The position numbers were made by a program, and so were the translations under genes. Shown one piece after another: positions 9,067-17,647 of a stretch of 37,247 bases of DNA. The DNA is taken from IMG/VR virus record IMGVR_UViG_2526164629_000027; one strand, given 5' to 3'. Source of the DNA: a virus. Its lineage: Duplodnaviria > Heunggongvirae > Uroviricota > Caudoviricetes. Position 1 is the stretch's first letter. The number at the start of each line of letters is the position of its first letter. Below the pieces are notes generated by a model. It searched no databases and was not told the origin of the DNA. It worked only from the letters and a program-made list of their open reading frames with translations.

Positions 9067-9876
9067 TCAACCTATCTTCTTATGAAGTAAAATTAATTTC
9101 TGTATTAATTTGGAATGAAACATAGATATATCAGAAATTCTTATTTCATTAGGCGAGTCTATATGATTGGAAACTTCTTCCTCCAAGGAGTCACAAATAC
9201 TTTCTAGATTTTCAATATCTGCATTTAATTCTGGAAAACTATTAAACAAATATAATGAATCCCGTAACTCTCCTAGTTTTGGTAAAAGAGTATTACTGAA
9301 TACACTAAGAAATTCCTCTTCTGATAATGCCATGGAGTTTTTAAAATTTTGCACAACATCGAATGCCAACCCATTAATTTTAGGCATAATTACTTCTCTT
9401 ACCCAATACCCTTCATTAATAGCTTCTTTACGTTCTTTTCTATGTTGAACACAAGGAATAACAAAGGATGAAACTAAAGCAAATAAAGAGATGCCAATAG
9501 AAATCCACTCTGGACCATTTTCCGGAACCTTTACAATATTATATATATCATAGGAATTTGGAACATCTTTGAAATAATTAGCAAATAAATCTTTTTTGTT
9601 ATCCCTTGCCAGAGATAACTTATGAAAGGTGTCGTTTGCCTTTTCACAAAACATCAAGCCATCATTCGGGTTTCCGGATAACAAAAACGGTGATGATATA
9701 CCACCAAGTCCTGAATCGGAAATATAAAAAGGCGTGTTTGGATAAAGTGACTCATTACATTCAATGTTTTCTTTGTTGGAAAAATCTGTCACAGAGCAAG
9801 CTGCGGGGAATATAAAAAAAATGACAGACAGCGCTGTCATTTTGATTTGAAAAATATTTTTAAAAGAAGGGAACAT
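9067..9876 (-). CDS. Cargo gene d: bitopic membrane protein (signal/lipoprotein-like N-terminus, central TM helix), unknown function
   Basis: 269 aa; about 30% GC; N-terminal hydrophobic segment ending in Cys (VIFFIFPAAC), central TM (WISIGISLFALVSSFVIPCV), acidic C-terminal domain; overlaps the end of gene c by 17 nt. Confidence 0.6.
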   Translation of the reverse strand: MFPSFKNIFQIKMTALSVIFFIFPAACSVTDFSNKENIECNESLYPNTPFYISDSGLGGISSPFLLSGNPNDGLMFCEKANDTFHKLSLARDNKKDLFANYFKDVPNSYDIYNIVKVPENGPEWISIGISLFALVSSFVIPCVQHRKERKEAINEGYWVREVIMPKINGLAFDVVQNFKNSMALSEEEFLSVFSNTLLPKLGELRDSLYLFNSFPELNADIENLESICDSLEEEVSNHIDSPNEIRISDISMFHSKLIQKLILLHKKIG

Positions 9877-10204
9877 TTTTATGTAAGCCTCTCCTTACAG
9901 CTCTATCTAATTCAGAAAGCATACCTTCTTTATATTCACGACCATCAAGTACAGTGCGACTATAAAATTCGCTAGGCGAAGAAAATTTCGGCAAAACCGT
10001 TTCAAGCATACCTAGAAAGTATGAGCTTGATACAACAATTCCCTTGGGGATCAATAGATATAATCTATCATTACTGGTTGTGCAAAATTTCCCTATATTA
10101 AAGTAATCATAGGCTTGGCGCCCATTAGAACGTCCTGCAAAAAGTTTCTTGTTACTATCTTTTACTAACTTATTGAAATCTATGGTGATGTCAGCCATTT
10201 TCAT
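9860..10204 (-). CDS. Cargo gene c: small protein with a STAS-like (anti-sigma-antagonist-like) Ser motif
   Basis: 114 aa; ATG with SD GAGGA; segment GIVVSSSYFLGML resembles the conserved phospho-Ser region of SpoIIAA/RsbV-type STAS domains (recognised by eye only). Confidence 0.55.
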   Translation of the reverse strand: MKMADITIDFNKLVKDSNKKLFAGRSNGRQAYDYFNIGKFCTTSNDRLYLLIPKGIVVSSSYFLGMLETVLPKFSSPSEFYSRTVLDGREYKEGMLSELDRAVRRGLHKNVPFF

Positions 10205-10214
10205 GTACCTGTCC

Positions 10215-11282
10215 TCAAGTTCGCTGGGTGGCGTTTTCTGGTAGAGGAAAACGAATATTGATCATAACTCCAGGAAATCGAGCATCCTTCATACGCTTAA
10301 GATAGTTGCGATCCGGTTCAGATTCAAGCCCTACATCATTAAAAGGGTAAGTAAAAATGTCACTTTCCTCGTCATTAACCAACCTTTGCTTTAATTTATA
10401 TGATCCATCAAAGTTAATATGAGTACTACCAGATATTAAAGTCATTTTTATCCCACCTTTAATATCTCTTCCCATTTTTTTAAGATTATCATGCATATCT
10501 TGAAATAACTTCAATAATTCAATTGTTCCGGTGCCAGAACTGTCAGTTTCTTTCTCGTTTTTACAACTCACCCGCCCTTGCAAGGCCGCTACTGTTGTTA
10601 ATCCTTCCTTAAACATACCCTTTTTCTTAATATGCTTATTTATGTATGGATTAACTTGTTGACTTAATGAAAAATGATCCTCAGGTAAATTATCAAAAGT
10701 TTCGCTGATAGTTTTCCCAAAATTGAAAACAGCCAACTCACATATGGGGTTTCGTACGTTATTATTAACAAAACCTCTCAAATACCAGCGTGGGCGTTGC
10801 TCTAACCCACAATGCCGCTCCGCATTATCAAGGAGTTCCCCCATGCAGGAAGTTAAATGCTTTTCTGCCTCATGTACAAGTTTTAAATTATGATCATTTA
10901 AGCATTCGTTTATGTATGCGGTAAATTTTTCAGCAGTGACATTTTTTCTGTCATGGGCAAAGGCAGAAGCATTCTCCTTTCCGATACTATCAGCAGAGAA
11001 GATTCGTTTCTTCGGATTCGCTTTTTTCGATGCTTCAGTAGAGTCCAGAACTTTACCTGGTGCAGCATTACTAATCTCTTTTACAAGCCCGACATCCCTG
11101 ATAATTTCAAGATACTGTTCATCTTTAGGGTAGATACCATTAATCTGAATCATCGTATCTTTGAAATTTATATTACTTTGCCTTGCTGCTGTAAGAGCAA
11201 CACCTAATAGACACTCAAGACCAAGACAGTGTTTTTGTTTTCTTGTAATCAAAAATATATGATTTCCATTTACCTCTTGCAA
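10215..11282 (-). CDS. Cargo gene b: GHKL (histidine-kinase-like) ATPase-domain protein
   Basis: 355 aa as listed (TTG start); the first in-frame ATG is at 11153; N-box-like GELLDNAERH (ExxxNAxxH) and Gly-rich DSSGTGTIELL segment; AT-rich. Confidence 0.55.
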   Translation of the reverse strand: MQEVNGNHIFLITRKQKHCLGLECLLGVALTAARQSNINFKDTMIQINGIYPKDEQYLEIIRDVGLVKEISNAAPGKVLDSTEASKKANPKKRIFSADSIGKENASAFAHDRKNVTAEKFTAYINECLNDHNLKLVHEAEKHLTSCMGELLDNAERHCGLEQRPRWYLRGFVNNNVRNPICELAVFNFGKTISETFDNLPEDHFSLSQQVNPYINKHIKKKGMFKEGLTTVAALQGRVSCKNEKETDSSGTGTIELLKLFQDMHDNLKKMGRDIKGGIKMTLISGSTHINFDGSYKLKQRLVNDEESDIFTYPFNDVGLESEPDRNYLKRMKDARFPGVMINIRFPLPENATQRT

Positions 11283-11688
11283 TTAATTTTGTGGCAGCAC
11301 TAATAAATAGCAGAGATTTCTCTGGATTGTCATATAAGTCAAAATATTTAGGTATTAATATCTTCTCTGCGTCACGACGAAGAATTGATGAGTCATACTC
11401 TTTTATAATCGATATATTTTCAATGAACGTAGCGACTTGGTTTTGGACAGGAGTTGTTTCATCGGAAAAACGAAGACTACCATTTTTCTCTTGCGCAGGC
11501 TTTTTTTTCTTAGCTCTCTCAACGCTACGAAGAAATCGCAACCATCCACGTAAAAAGGTTCTTTTAGAATCTTCTTTATTGATTTTTTTCATTTCCAAAT
11601 GTTCCTGCAAAGTTAACGTAGCCCACAAGGCGCTAAGTATACTTTCTGCTATATTTTTTTCACTATACAAATGCACAATAGTGCACAA
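11215..11688 (-). CDS. Cargo gene a: small basic protein, or N-terminal part of gene b if the two are one frameshifted ORF
   Basis: 157 aa from TTG, or 125 aa from the ATG at 11590-11592; Lys-rich; overlaps gene b by 68 nt in the -1 frame across several A/T runs. Confidence 0.4.
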   Translation of the reverse strand: MCTIVHLYSEKNIAESILSALWATLTLQEHLEMKKINKEDSKRTFLRGWLRFLRSVERAKKKKPAQEKNGSLRFSDETTPVQNQVATFIENISIIKEYDSSILRRDAEKILIPKYFDLYDNPEKSLLFISAATKLIARGKWKSYIFDYKKTKTLSWS

Positions 11689-11700
11689 ATTTGCACAATT
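11671..11700. repeat. Three TGCACAA direct repeats at 10-bp phasing at the 5' end of the cargo operon (candidate operator)
   Basis: Plus strand reads aTGCACAAtagTGCACAAattTGCACAAtt; the repeats also create short palindromes (TGCAC-N4-GTGCA on the gene strand). Confidence 0.5.
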
Positions 11701-12063
11701 TTTTTGAACGATTTTTTGCCCTTCCGGCCCGCATGGTGGCTGGATCCGTCAAGGATCCGTGCGTGCACAAAAAAACGCATTTTTTCTGCGCGCAGGTGAC
11801 GGGGGAACAGCCCGCGTTTCAGGGGGGGTAAACAGCATTCCCTGAACGATGTCGCAGAGACACAACAGAATGGCCATATTTCTCACGCTGAGCATGAAAA
11901 AGGCGTGAGGGCTTTTGATTTGATGGGGTGAAAGGTAAGGCCGTCAAAATCGCACTGAGGCAGCGAGAACATACAGTCAACGCGGTGGGATTGCGTAAGA
12001 GTCTGACCGTCGATGGTGGCGATAAACTGGAAGGCGTCGTGAAATTATCTGATTGATACAGGA

Positions 12064-12108
12064 GCTGCTTCGCCGGGGCATAAATTTTTTATGCCCCGGC
12101 GAAGCAGC
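12064..12108. repeat. Perfect 18-bp inverted repeat with 9-nt A/T loop
   Basis: gctgcttcgccggggcat - aaatttttt - atgccccggcgaagcagc; GC-rich stem in an intergenic region between the cargo operon and the next gene. Confidence 0.8.
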
Positions 12109-12199
12109 AGACAAGCGAAGCGCGTCAGTGATGCGGCACCTTGCCGACCACACTTCATAAGTGCAAAATACGAGCAAAGAAATCAATGGAGGCTGTTTT

Positions 12200-12724
12200 A
12201 TGGTCATTAATTACAAGCAGTTACGAGAAAAACGAGAGCAGGTAAAGGAAAGTTTTCGCCGCAATGAAGATCTGACCCCGCTTGTACACCTTGCTCAGGG
12301 AATTGTAGATGCTTATGAAATCTCTCTGGAGCTGCCATCACAGACATGGACTGATAGCGACGGTAATCGCCAGCATTACGTTTCATGCGGACTGGAAACA
12401 ACTGAAGGGTTTCGCAGAATGCCTTTATCTCAGATTCCTGCCTCTACCCCCAAAGCAAGGGGCGGCAATGATGAGCGAAAACTGATTTTCAGCATTGAGA
12501 CAGTGGTTGACGACACACCTGGCGAAGTCGCCTTCGTGCATACTCCTCTTTCGATCGCAATGTATAACGATGAAATACAGGTTCGCGTTAATAATAATAT
12601 CGTGCCACTTAAAGAAGGTAATTCACCATACACCACCGTTTGTGAAGCCATTCAATATTACGTTCTCTCTGAAATTGATAATCTCAAGCCTGACGGCACC
12701 CAGAAAATGGTTCAACTCTGGTAA
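12200..12724 (+). CDS. Hypothetical protein (orphan cargo gene between the palindrome and the portal gene)
   Basis: 174 aa from the ATG at 12200 with SD GGAGG 8 nt upstream; convergent with the portal gene; no recognisable motif. Confidence 0.55.
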   Translation: MVINYKQLREKREQVKESFRRNEDLTPLVHLAQGIVDAYEISLELPSQTWTDSDGNRQHYVSCGLETTEGFRRMPLSQIPASTPKARGGNDERKLIFSIETVVDDTPGEVAFVHTPLSIAMYNDEIQVRVNNNIVPLKEGNSPYTTVCEAIQYYVLSEIDNLKPDGTQKMVQLW

Positions 12725-12730
12725 AAAGGA

Positions 12731-12755
12731 CAGCCCCATCACGGGGCTGTTTTTT
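12731..12755. terminator. Bidirectional intrinsic terminator shared by the convergent orphan gene and portal gene
   Basis: Hairpin cagcccc-atcac-ggggctg followed by TTTTTT on the plus strand and preceded by an A-run (a T-run on the minus strand). Confidence 0.65.
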
Positions 12756-13758
12756 CATCAAGAAGAGCATAAGAATTAAAACGGATCACCTCTTCGCCAA
12801 GCCAGTCATTGATGTGCTTCATGGCCTCCATAACGGGCATCAGCTCGTTAATTGCATAAACCCGCGCGGCCTTCTCCACATCACCAAACGCACTTTTTTC
12901 GCCCGGCATCGCCCCCATCAGTTGCGGCGGAACACGGTGCGCAGCCAGCACATCATCACGGGATGCCGCCTTAACATTCATGAACTCATCTTTTGCGGTG
13001 ATCTGCTGGAACGGCAAAATTTGCACCCCCTCTTTGCCCCCGTTGGGCGCATGAATGAGCACGTTTTTAAATGCACCACTACCACGTGCACCCTGTAATG
13101 TTTCTTTCAGGGAGTCCATGCTTTCGCGGTTTACCTGCGCTGCACCGATGTAGATGATGCACCCGGCGTGGGATCCGTTGTCGTAATACAGTTTTCTGAA
13201 CATGTCCGCCGAATGAGACAGGCTGGCCGAGAGTAATGCGCCGAGATATTCCGGCATGCCGTAGATTTCCTGGTTAATATCCGGATTCATCAGGTGGCAC
13301 ACTTTGCCAGGGCGAAACTGAAACGCGTCCTTGCCATCCTGCACATACCACCATGATTCAAGATCGCTTCCGCGTCGCATGTATTTCGCCAGTGCGTGCC
13401 GTAATTTAAGCGGTTCGCCGAGCATATTGCTTCGGAGCTCAAGGTATGCGTTACCGAACACAAACCAGTCCAGCGCCAGCGCCGAGAAATCCTGCCGGGA
13501 AAGCAGCGGGTGCGGAATATAGCAGCCGAGCAATACATTGCGCTTAAAGTAAAGCGCAGACTGATGCCAGGACGTTTGCCGGGCGGCTCTTGCCAGACCG
13601 TACCAGTCCACCGGGGTTTCATACCACCGCCCGTTATCAGCACAGTACATATTGTCCAGCAAATCATGCCCGGTCAGGCGATAAGGACCATCAAAAGTGA
13701 ATGCACTGAGCGACGATTCTTTCCTGAGCGCATCAGCGAGATCAATGCGTGAACTCAT
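12739..13758 (-). CDS. Q: Portal protein (P2 gpQ family)
   Basis: 339 aa from the ATG at 13756-13758 (the listed ORF extends upstream from a TTG); size and position (downstream of terminase, divergent from the capsid operon) match P2 Q. Confidence 0.85.
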   Translation of the reverse strand: MSSRIDLADALRKESSLSAFTFDGPYRLTGHDLLDNMYCADNGRWYETPVDWYGLARAARQTSWHQSALYFKRNVLLGCYIPHPLLSRQDFSALALDWFVFGNAYLELRSNMLGEPLKLRHALAKYMRRGSDLESWWYVQDGKDAFQFRPGKVCHLMNPDINQEIYGMPEYLGALLSASLSHSADMFRKLYYDNGSHAGCIIYIGAAQVNRESMDSLKETLQGARGSGAFKNVLIHAPNGGKEGVQILPFQQITAKDEFMNVKAASRDDVLAAHRVPPQLMGAMPGEKSAFGDVEKAARVYAINELMPVMEAMKHINDWLGEEVIRFNSYALLDEKTAP

Positions 13759-13783
13759 GCGCACTTTTTTATTTTTCTGCTCA

Positions 13784-15535
13784 TCAGAACTCCATAACCG
13801 TGAAACGCTCGTTTTCTCCTTCGCCGCCAATTGGTTCGTTAATGACAGCAAGCATGGTTGCCCACGCAAGGTCGCCGTGGCTGATCCCCCTCGCGCGGTC
13901 CGTTTCGTAAGTGATAAAACCGCCCGGTGTTTTCACCTTACGCACGGCGTTAAAGGCCGCGACCAGCTCGCGTTCGGCGCGATCGTATTCCCACCGCCCG
14001 GCACGCATTATTTGCAGCATTTTCAGTACCAGCGACCGTTTTGATGACAGCGTGAAGGTGTACGGAATAGCAGCAGGGAAAAACCGTTTCACTATCTGAT
14101 AAACAGCCTCCCCGTTCCCGCCCGTCACATCAATGCCGATGTGTTCCACGTTGTAGCGACACGTGAACTCTTCAATGACTCTGGCCTGTTCTTCAAACTC
14201 CAGCCCCTGAACGCGTCGCGTCTCCACCGTTCGAAAACGGCCACCAGGAACAGCCGGAGGAACCACCACAGACACAGCGCCGCTGTCGCCGTTGCCACTG
14301 CTGCCGTTTGCGTCATACCCAATCCATACCGGACGATTCCCCATCGGGCGGGGAGCAAAAGGTTTCCAGTCTTTCCAGTCGTCGTATCCGTCAACACCGC
14401 AGCCAATCAGGATATTCAGGTTAAATGCCGATTCCCCTTCGCGGACAAACTCACACATATAGAGATTGAGGAACTCGTCTTCGGTATTTTCATCACGAAT
14501 TTCGTCGATATCGGTGTGTTTCCAGCCGTGATTAACCACATCTTCCAGCGTGACAATTTGCCGCCACGTCCGGTCAGGGCAGATAAGCCCGTTATGCAGC
14601 GTATTCCAGTCCACAGAAAAACGCTGGCGTTTATGCGTGGCCTTTTTCTCGTTCCAGCGGTCGCCGTTCCAGTAGGCGTATGCTTCGTGCGTTTCGGTGG
14701 ATGGCGTGGAGAAGTAGGTGCGCCGCAGTCCGCTGAGGGTTGCCATAGCGCCAGCCACCTTGCGCAGTTCAGCAAAGCGACTGACCCAGAAAAATTCATC
14801 AAAATAAAAATTGCCCGTATAGGACTGCGCCGACGCAGCAGAAGTGCCGAGAAAATGCAGCTCTGCGCCGTTGGAGAGGATGATTTTATCGCCCCCTTTC
14901 AGCTCCACATCAACTTCAGCCGCAGCCTTCTGAATAATGCTTTTAAACTGGAACGCCTGACGACGCGACGCAGACAAAAAAATCTGGTTACGCTGGTAAG
15001 GTTGCGCCACATCGTCACGCAGCGCCATCAGCAGAGCTTCCTGTGCAAAATACCAGGTCGCCCCAATCTGTCGGGATTTCAGGATCATCCTGTTACGTAT
15101 CCCGGCTTCCCTGCAAAGGGTCAGGGAGTCAAACCAGCCCCGCTGATGCCACTCCAACCTGCTGATGATTTTTTCCCGCAGTGCGGAAATCTGTTCCGGC
15201 GTGAAATGATTTTTGAGTTTTTTCGCCCGGCCTTTCTTTCCTGCGGCCATCACATCCGGATGGCCATCATGCAGCTTTTTAAGCTGCCGGGTCAGCAGGT
15301 CTATTTCCTTAAAGTCACCGCCTGTTTTATTCTGTTTTTCAGTAAGCTGGATGAGGCGCGCATCGATGGACTGCGTGACACGCTGCACGGGTGGCGTTTC
15401 ATCCCACTGGTCGCGTTTTTTCCACGCATAAATCGTGTTCGGGTTTATTCCCATCAGACGTGATATTTCTGCGGGCGGATAACCCTGCCAGTAAAGTTGC
15501 CGCGCACGCTGGCGCACAAAAGCGTCCTGAATCAT
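13784..15535 (-). CDS. P: Terminase large (ATPase) subunit (P2 gpP family)
   Basis: 583 aa; N-terminus MIQDAFVRQRARQLYWQGYPPAEISRLMGINPNTIYAWKKRDQWDE matches the P2 gpP family; divergent from the scaffold/capsid operon. Confidence 0.9.
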   Translation of the reverse strand: MIQDAFVRQRARQLYWQGYPPAEISRLMGINPNTIYAWKKRDQWDETPPVQRVTQSIDARLIQLTEKQNKTGGDFKEIDLLTRQLKKLHDGHPDVMAAGKKGRAKKLKNHFTPEQISALREKIISRLEWHQRGWFDSLTLCREAGIRNRMILKSRQIGATWYFAQEALLMALRDDVAQPYQRNQIFLSASRRQAFQFKSIIQKAAAEVDVELKGGDKIILSNGAELHFLGTSAASAQSYTGNFYFDEFFWVSRFAELRKVAGAMATLSGLRRTYFSTPSTETHEAYAYWNGDRWNEKKATHKRQRFSVDWNTLHNGLICPDRTWRQIVTLEDVVNHGWKHTDIDEIRDENTEDEFLNLYMCEFVREGESAFNLNILIGCGVDGYDDWKDWKPFAPRPMGNRPVWIGYDANGSSGNGDSGAVSVVVPPAVPGGRFRTVETRRVQGLEFEEQARVIEEFTCRYNVEHIGIDVTGGNGEAVYQIVKRFFPAAIPYTFTLSSKRSLVLKMLQIMRAGRWEYDRAERELVAAFNAVRKVKTPGGFITYETDRARGISHGDLAWATMLAVINEPIGGEGENERFTVMEF

Positions 15536-15689
15536 TGCTCCCCCTGAGTAATTACAGGAAGATTACCCGCGCGCGAAACCGTTCTCCTTAACCCCCTGTT
15601 CTGGCCGTTTTCTTACAACAAAAGCCCTTTGTATCAGCCTGTTACGCTTTGCCATCATGACTGAAGAACCAGTCAGAGGGGCAAAAACT

Positions 15690-16526
15690 ATGGCTAATGA
15701 AAAAAAGACATCCCGCAAAAAGTTTCGCGTGGCTGTCTCCGGATCAACTGTTGATGGCCGTGAAATCAGTCCGGTGCATCTGCGTGAAGCCGCCGAGAAC
15801 TTCAACCCGGATGTTTACGCTGCCCGCGTGAACGTTGAGCACTATCTCTCGCCATGCCCGTCAAGCGAATTTTCCGCAATGGGCGATGTCACCGCACTGA
15901 GTACGGAAGACATTACGGAAGGTCCGCTGGCCGGACGTACTGCGCTGTATGCAGAAATCGAACCGACCGAGCGCATGAAGCAGCTTGTCGCGGACGGCAA
16001 GAAAATCTATTCCAGTATCGAACTGCACCCGCAGTTCTCCGTTAACGGGCGTGCCTATCTGGTCGGGCTGGCGATGACCGACACCCCGGCAAGCCTGGGC
16101 ACTGAGCGCCTGAAATTCACGGCACAGCAACGTCAGGCGGTAATGACGTTCAACAGTGTCCAGGGTGAAGCGCCGCTTATCTCCGAAGCCATCGAGTCTG
16201 AAATCATCGAAATGGCAGAACAACGCCAGGAAGAAGGCACCCAGTGGTTTAACCGCGTAATGGGGATTATTGGCCGTGGCCGCAAAGCGGATGACGCCAG
16301 TTTTTCCCGTATTCAGGAAGCGGTGGAAGGCGTCGCAACGTCACAGGCCGACATTATCGACCGTTTTAATGTGCTGGAAACCCGCCATCAGCAGGACCGC
16401 CAGAAAATTACGTCACTGACCACAGAGCTGACAGCACTGAAGGAAAAACTGCGCACGCAGGACGGCGATCCGCAGAACCGGTTCACCGCAACGGGCGCAG
16501 CCTCCGACCAGCTGGCTGACTTCTGA
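15690..16526 (+). CDS. O: Capsid scaffolding protein (P2 gpO family)
   Basis: Start at MANEKKTSRKKFRVAVSGSTVDGREIS aligns with the P2 gpO N-terminus; SD AGAGGGG; the listed ORF begins 33 nt earlier. Confidence 0.85.
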   Translation: MANEKKTSRKKFRVAVSGSTVDGREISPVHLREAAENFNPDVYAARVNVEHYLSPCPSSEFSAMGDVTALSTEDITEGPLAGRTALYAEIEPTERMKQLVADGKKIYSSIELHPQFSVNGRAYLVGLAMTDTPASLGTERLKFTAQQRQAVMTFNSVQGEAPLISEAIESEIIEMAEQRQEEGTQWFNRVMGIIGRGRKADDASFSRIQEAVEGVATSQADIIDRFNVLETRHQQDRQKITSLTTELTALKEKLRTQDGDPQNRFTATGAASDQLADF

Positions 16527-16549
16527 TAAGACAAAGGAGCAAATTTTTT

Positions 16550-17602
16550 ATGAATCTGGTGATGTCAGATATTACCCGCAACAAGCTGGGTTGCTATATG
16601 GCGCAGCAGGCGTCGCTTAATAATATCCCGGTTTCTGCGCTGGTATCGCGATTTACCGTAGAACCCTCGGTGCAGCAGCGTTTTGAAAACGCCTCAAAGG
16701 AAAGCACCGAATTTACAAAAAGAATTAACGTGATCGGCGTGACCGACCAGAAAGGCGAAAAAATCCTCCTGGATACCACAGGACCGATTGCGCGCACGAA
16801 TACCAGTTATGACGGCACAAAACGCCGTAACCCGAATAACGTGGTTGATCTGAAAAACCGCAAATACCAGTGCGAACAGGTGAACTACGACACGTTTATT
16901 TCATATCCGCAGCTTGATGCCTGGGCGGCACATCCTGATTTTCAGTCCCGCATCAGCGCACAGATTGCCCGACAGGTGGCGCTTGACCGCATCATGATCG
17001 GTTTCAACGGCACGTCTCACGCGGATGAGTCCAACTTCAGCACCAACAAGCTGCTTCAGGACGTTAACGTGGGCTGGCTGGAGCACATCAGAACCGACGC
17101 CAGCGAACGCGTTATGAATGACGTGACGCTGACCTCCCGCAACATGGACAACACCGTGGCGCACGCGGGTAAGTATGCGAACGCTGATGCACTGGTACAG
17201 GACGCACGCTCATCCCTGCTGGATGAATGGCACAAGGAAGCTGACGACCTCGTGGTGATTATGGGGCGCAACCTGTTTAACTCGCTGCGTCTGCCCGTGC
17301 TGAACAGCATCAGCGGCCAGAATCCCAATGCGGAATTACTTGCCGGGCAGCTCATCCTGTCATCGCGCACCATTGGCGGGCTGGGCGTGTTCCTTGCTCC
17401 GTTCTTCCCGGATGCAACGATGCTGATCACCTCGTTCAACAACCTGTCGATTTACTGGCAGAAAGGTTCAATGCGTCGCCTGATGAAAGACGAACCGGAA
17501 TACAACCGCATCGCCACCTACCAGTCCATCAACGACGCTTATGTCGTTGAAGACTATGGCAAGTGCGCGATGGTCACTGGCCTGAAGTTCGCCGACAGCT
17601 AA
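16550..17602 (+). CDS. N: Major capsid protein (P2 gpN family)
   Basis: 350 aa; position and size match P2 N. Confidence 0.85.
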   Translation: MNLVMSDITRNKLGCYMAQQASLNNIPVSALVSRFTVEPSVQQRFENASKESTEFTKRINVIGVTDQKGEKILLDTTGPIARTNTSYDGTKRRNPNNVVDLKNRKYQCEQVNYDTFISYPQLDAWAAHPDFQSRISAQIARQVALDRIMIGFNGTSHADESNFSTNKLLQDVNVGWLEHIRTDASERVMNDVTLTSRNMDNTVAHAGKYANADALVQDARSSLLDEWHKEADDLVVIMGRNLFNSLRLPVLNSISGQNPNAELLAGQLILSSRTIGGLGVFLAPFFPDATMLITSFNNLSIYWQKGSMRRLMKDEPEYNRIATYQSINDAYVVEDYGKCAMVTGLKFADS

Positions 17603-17611
17603 TCAACTCAC

Positions 17612-17630
17612 GGCGGGCATCATGCCCGCC
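17612..17630 (+). other. GC-rich stem-loop just downstream of the major capsid gene
   Basis: ggcgggca-tca-tgcccgcc hairpin with no strong T-run; possible attenuator or RNA processing element. Confidence 0.35.
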
Positions 17631-17647
17631 TGTAACGGAGAGAAAAA

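Noticed and set aside
11790-11840. Possible cos (cohesive end) site, GC-rich segment gcaggtgacgggggaacagcc
   Set aside because: Only loosely resembles the P2/186 19-nt cohesive-end sequence as I recall it; cannot be confirmed without alignment, so not called.
15536-15689. Ogr-type late promoter dyad (TGT-N12-ACA) in the divergent P/O promoter region and upstream of FI/D
   Set aside because: TGT and ACA elements are present, but I could not find a copy with the canonical 12-bp spacing by eye; left uncalled.
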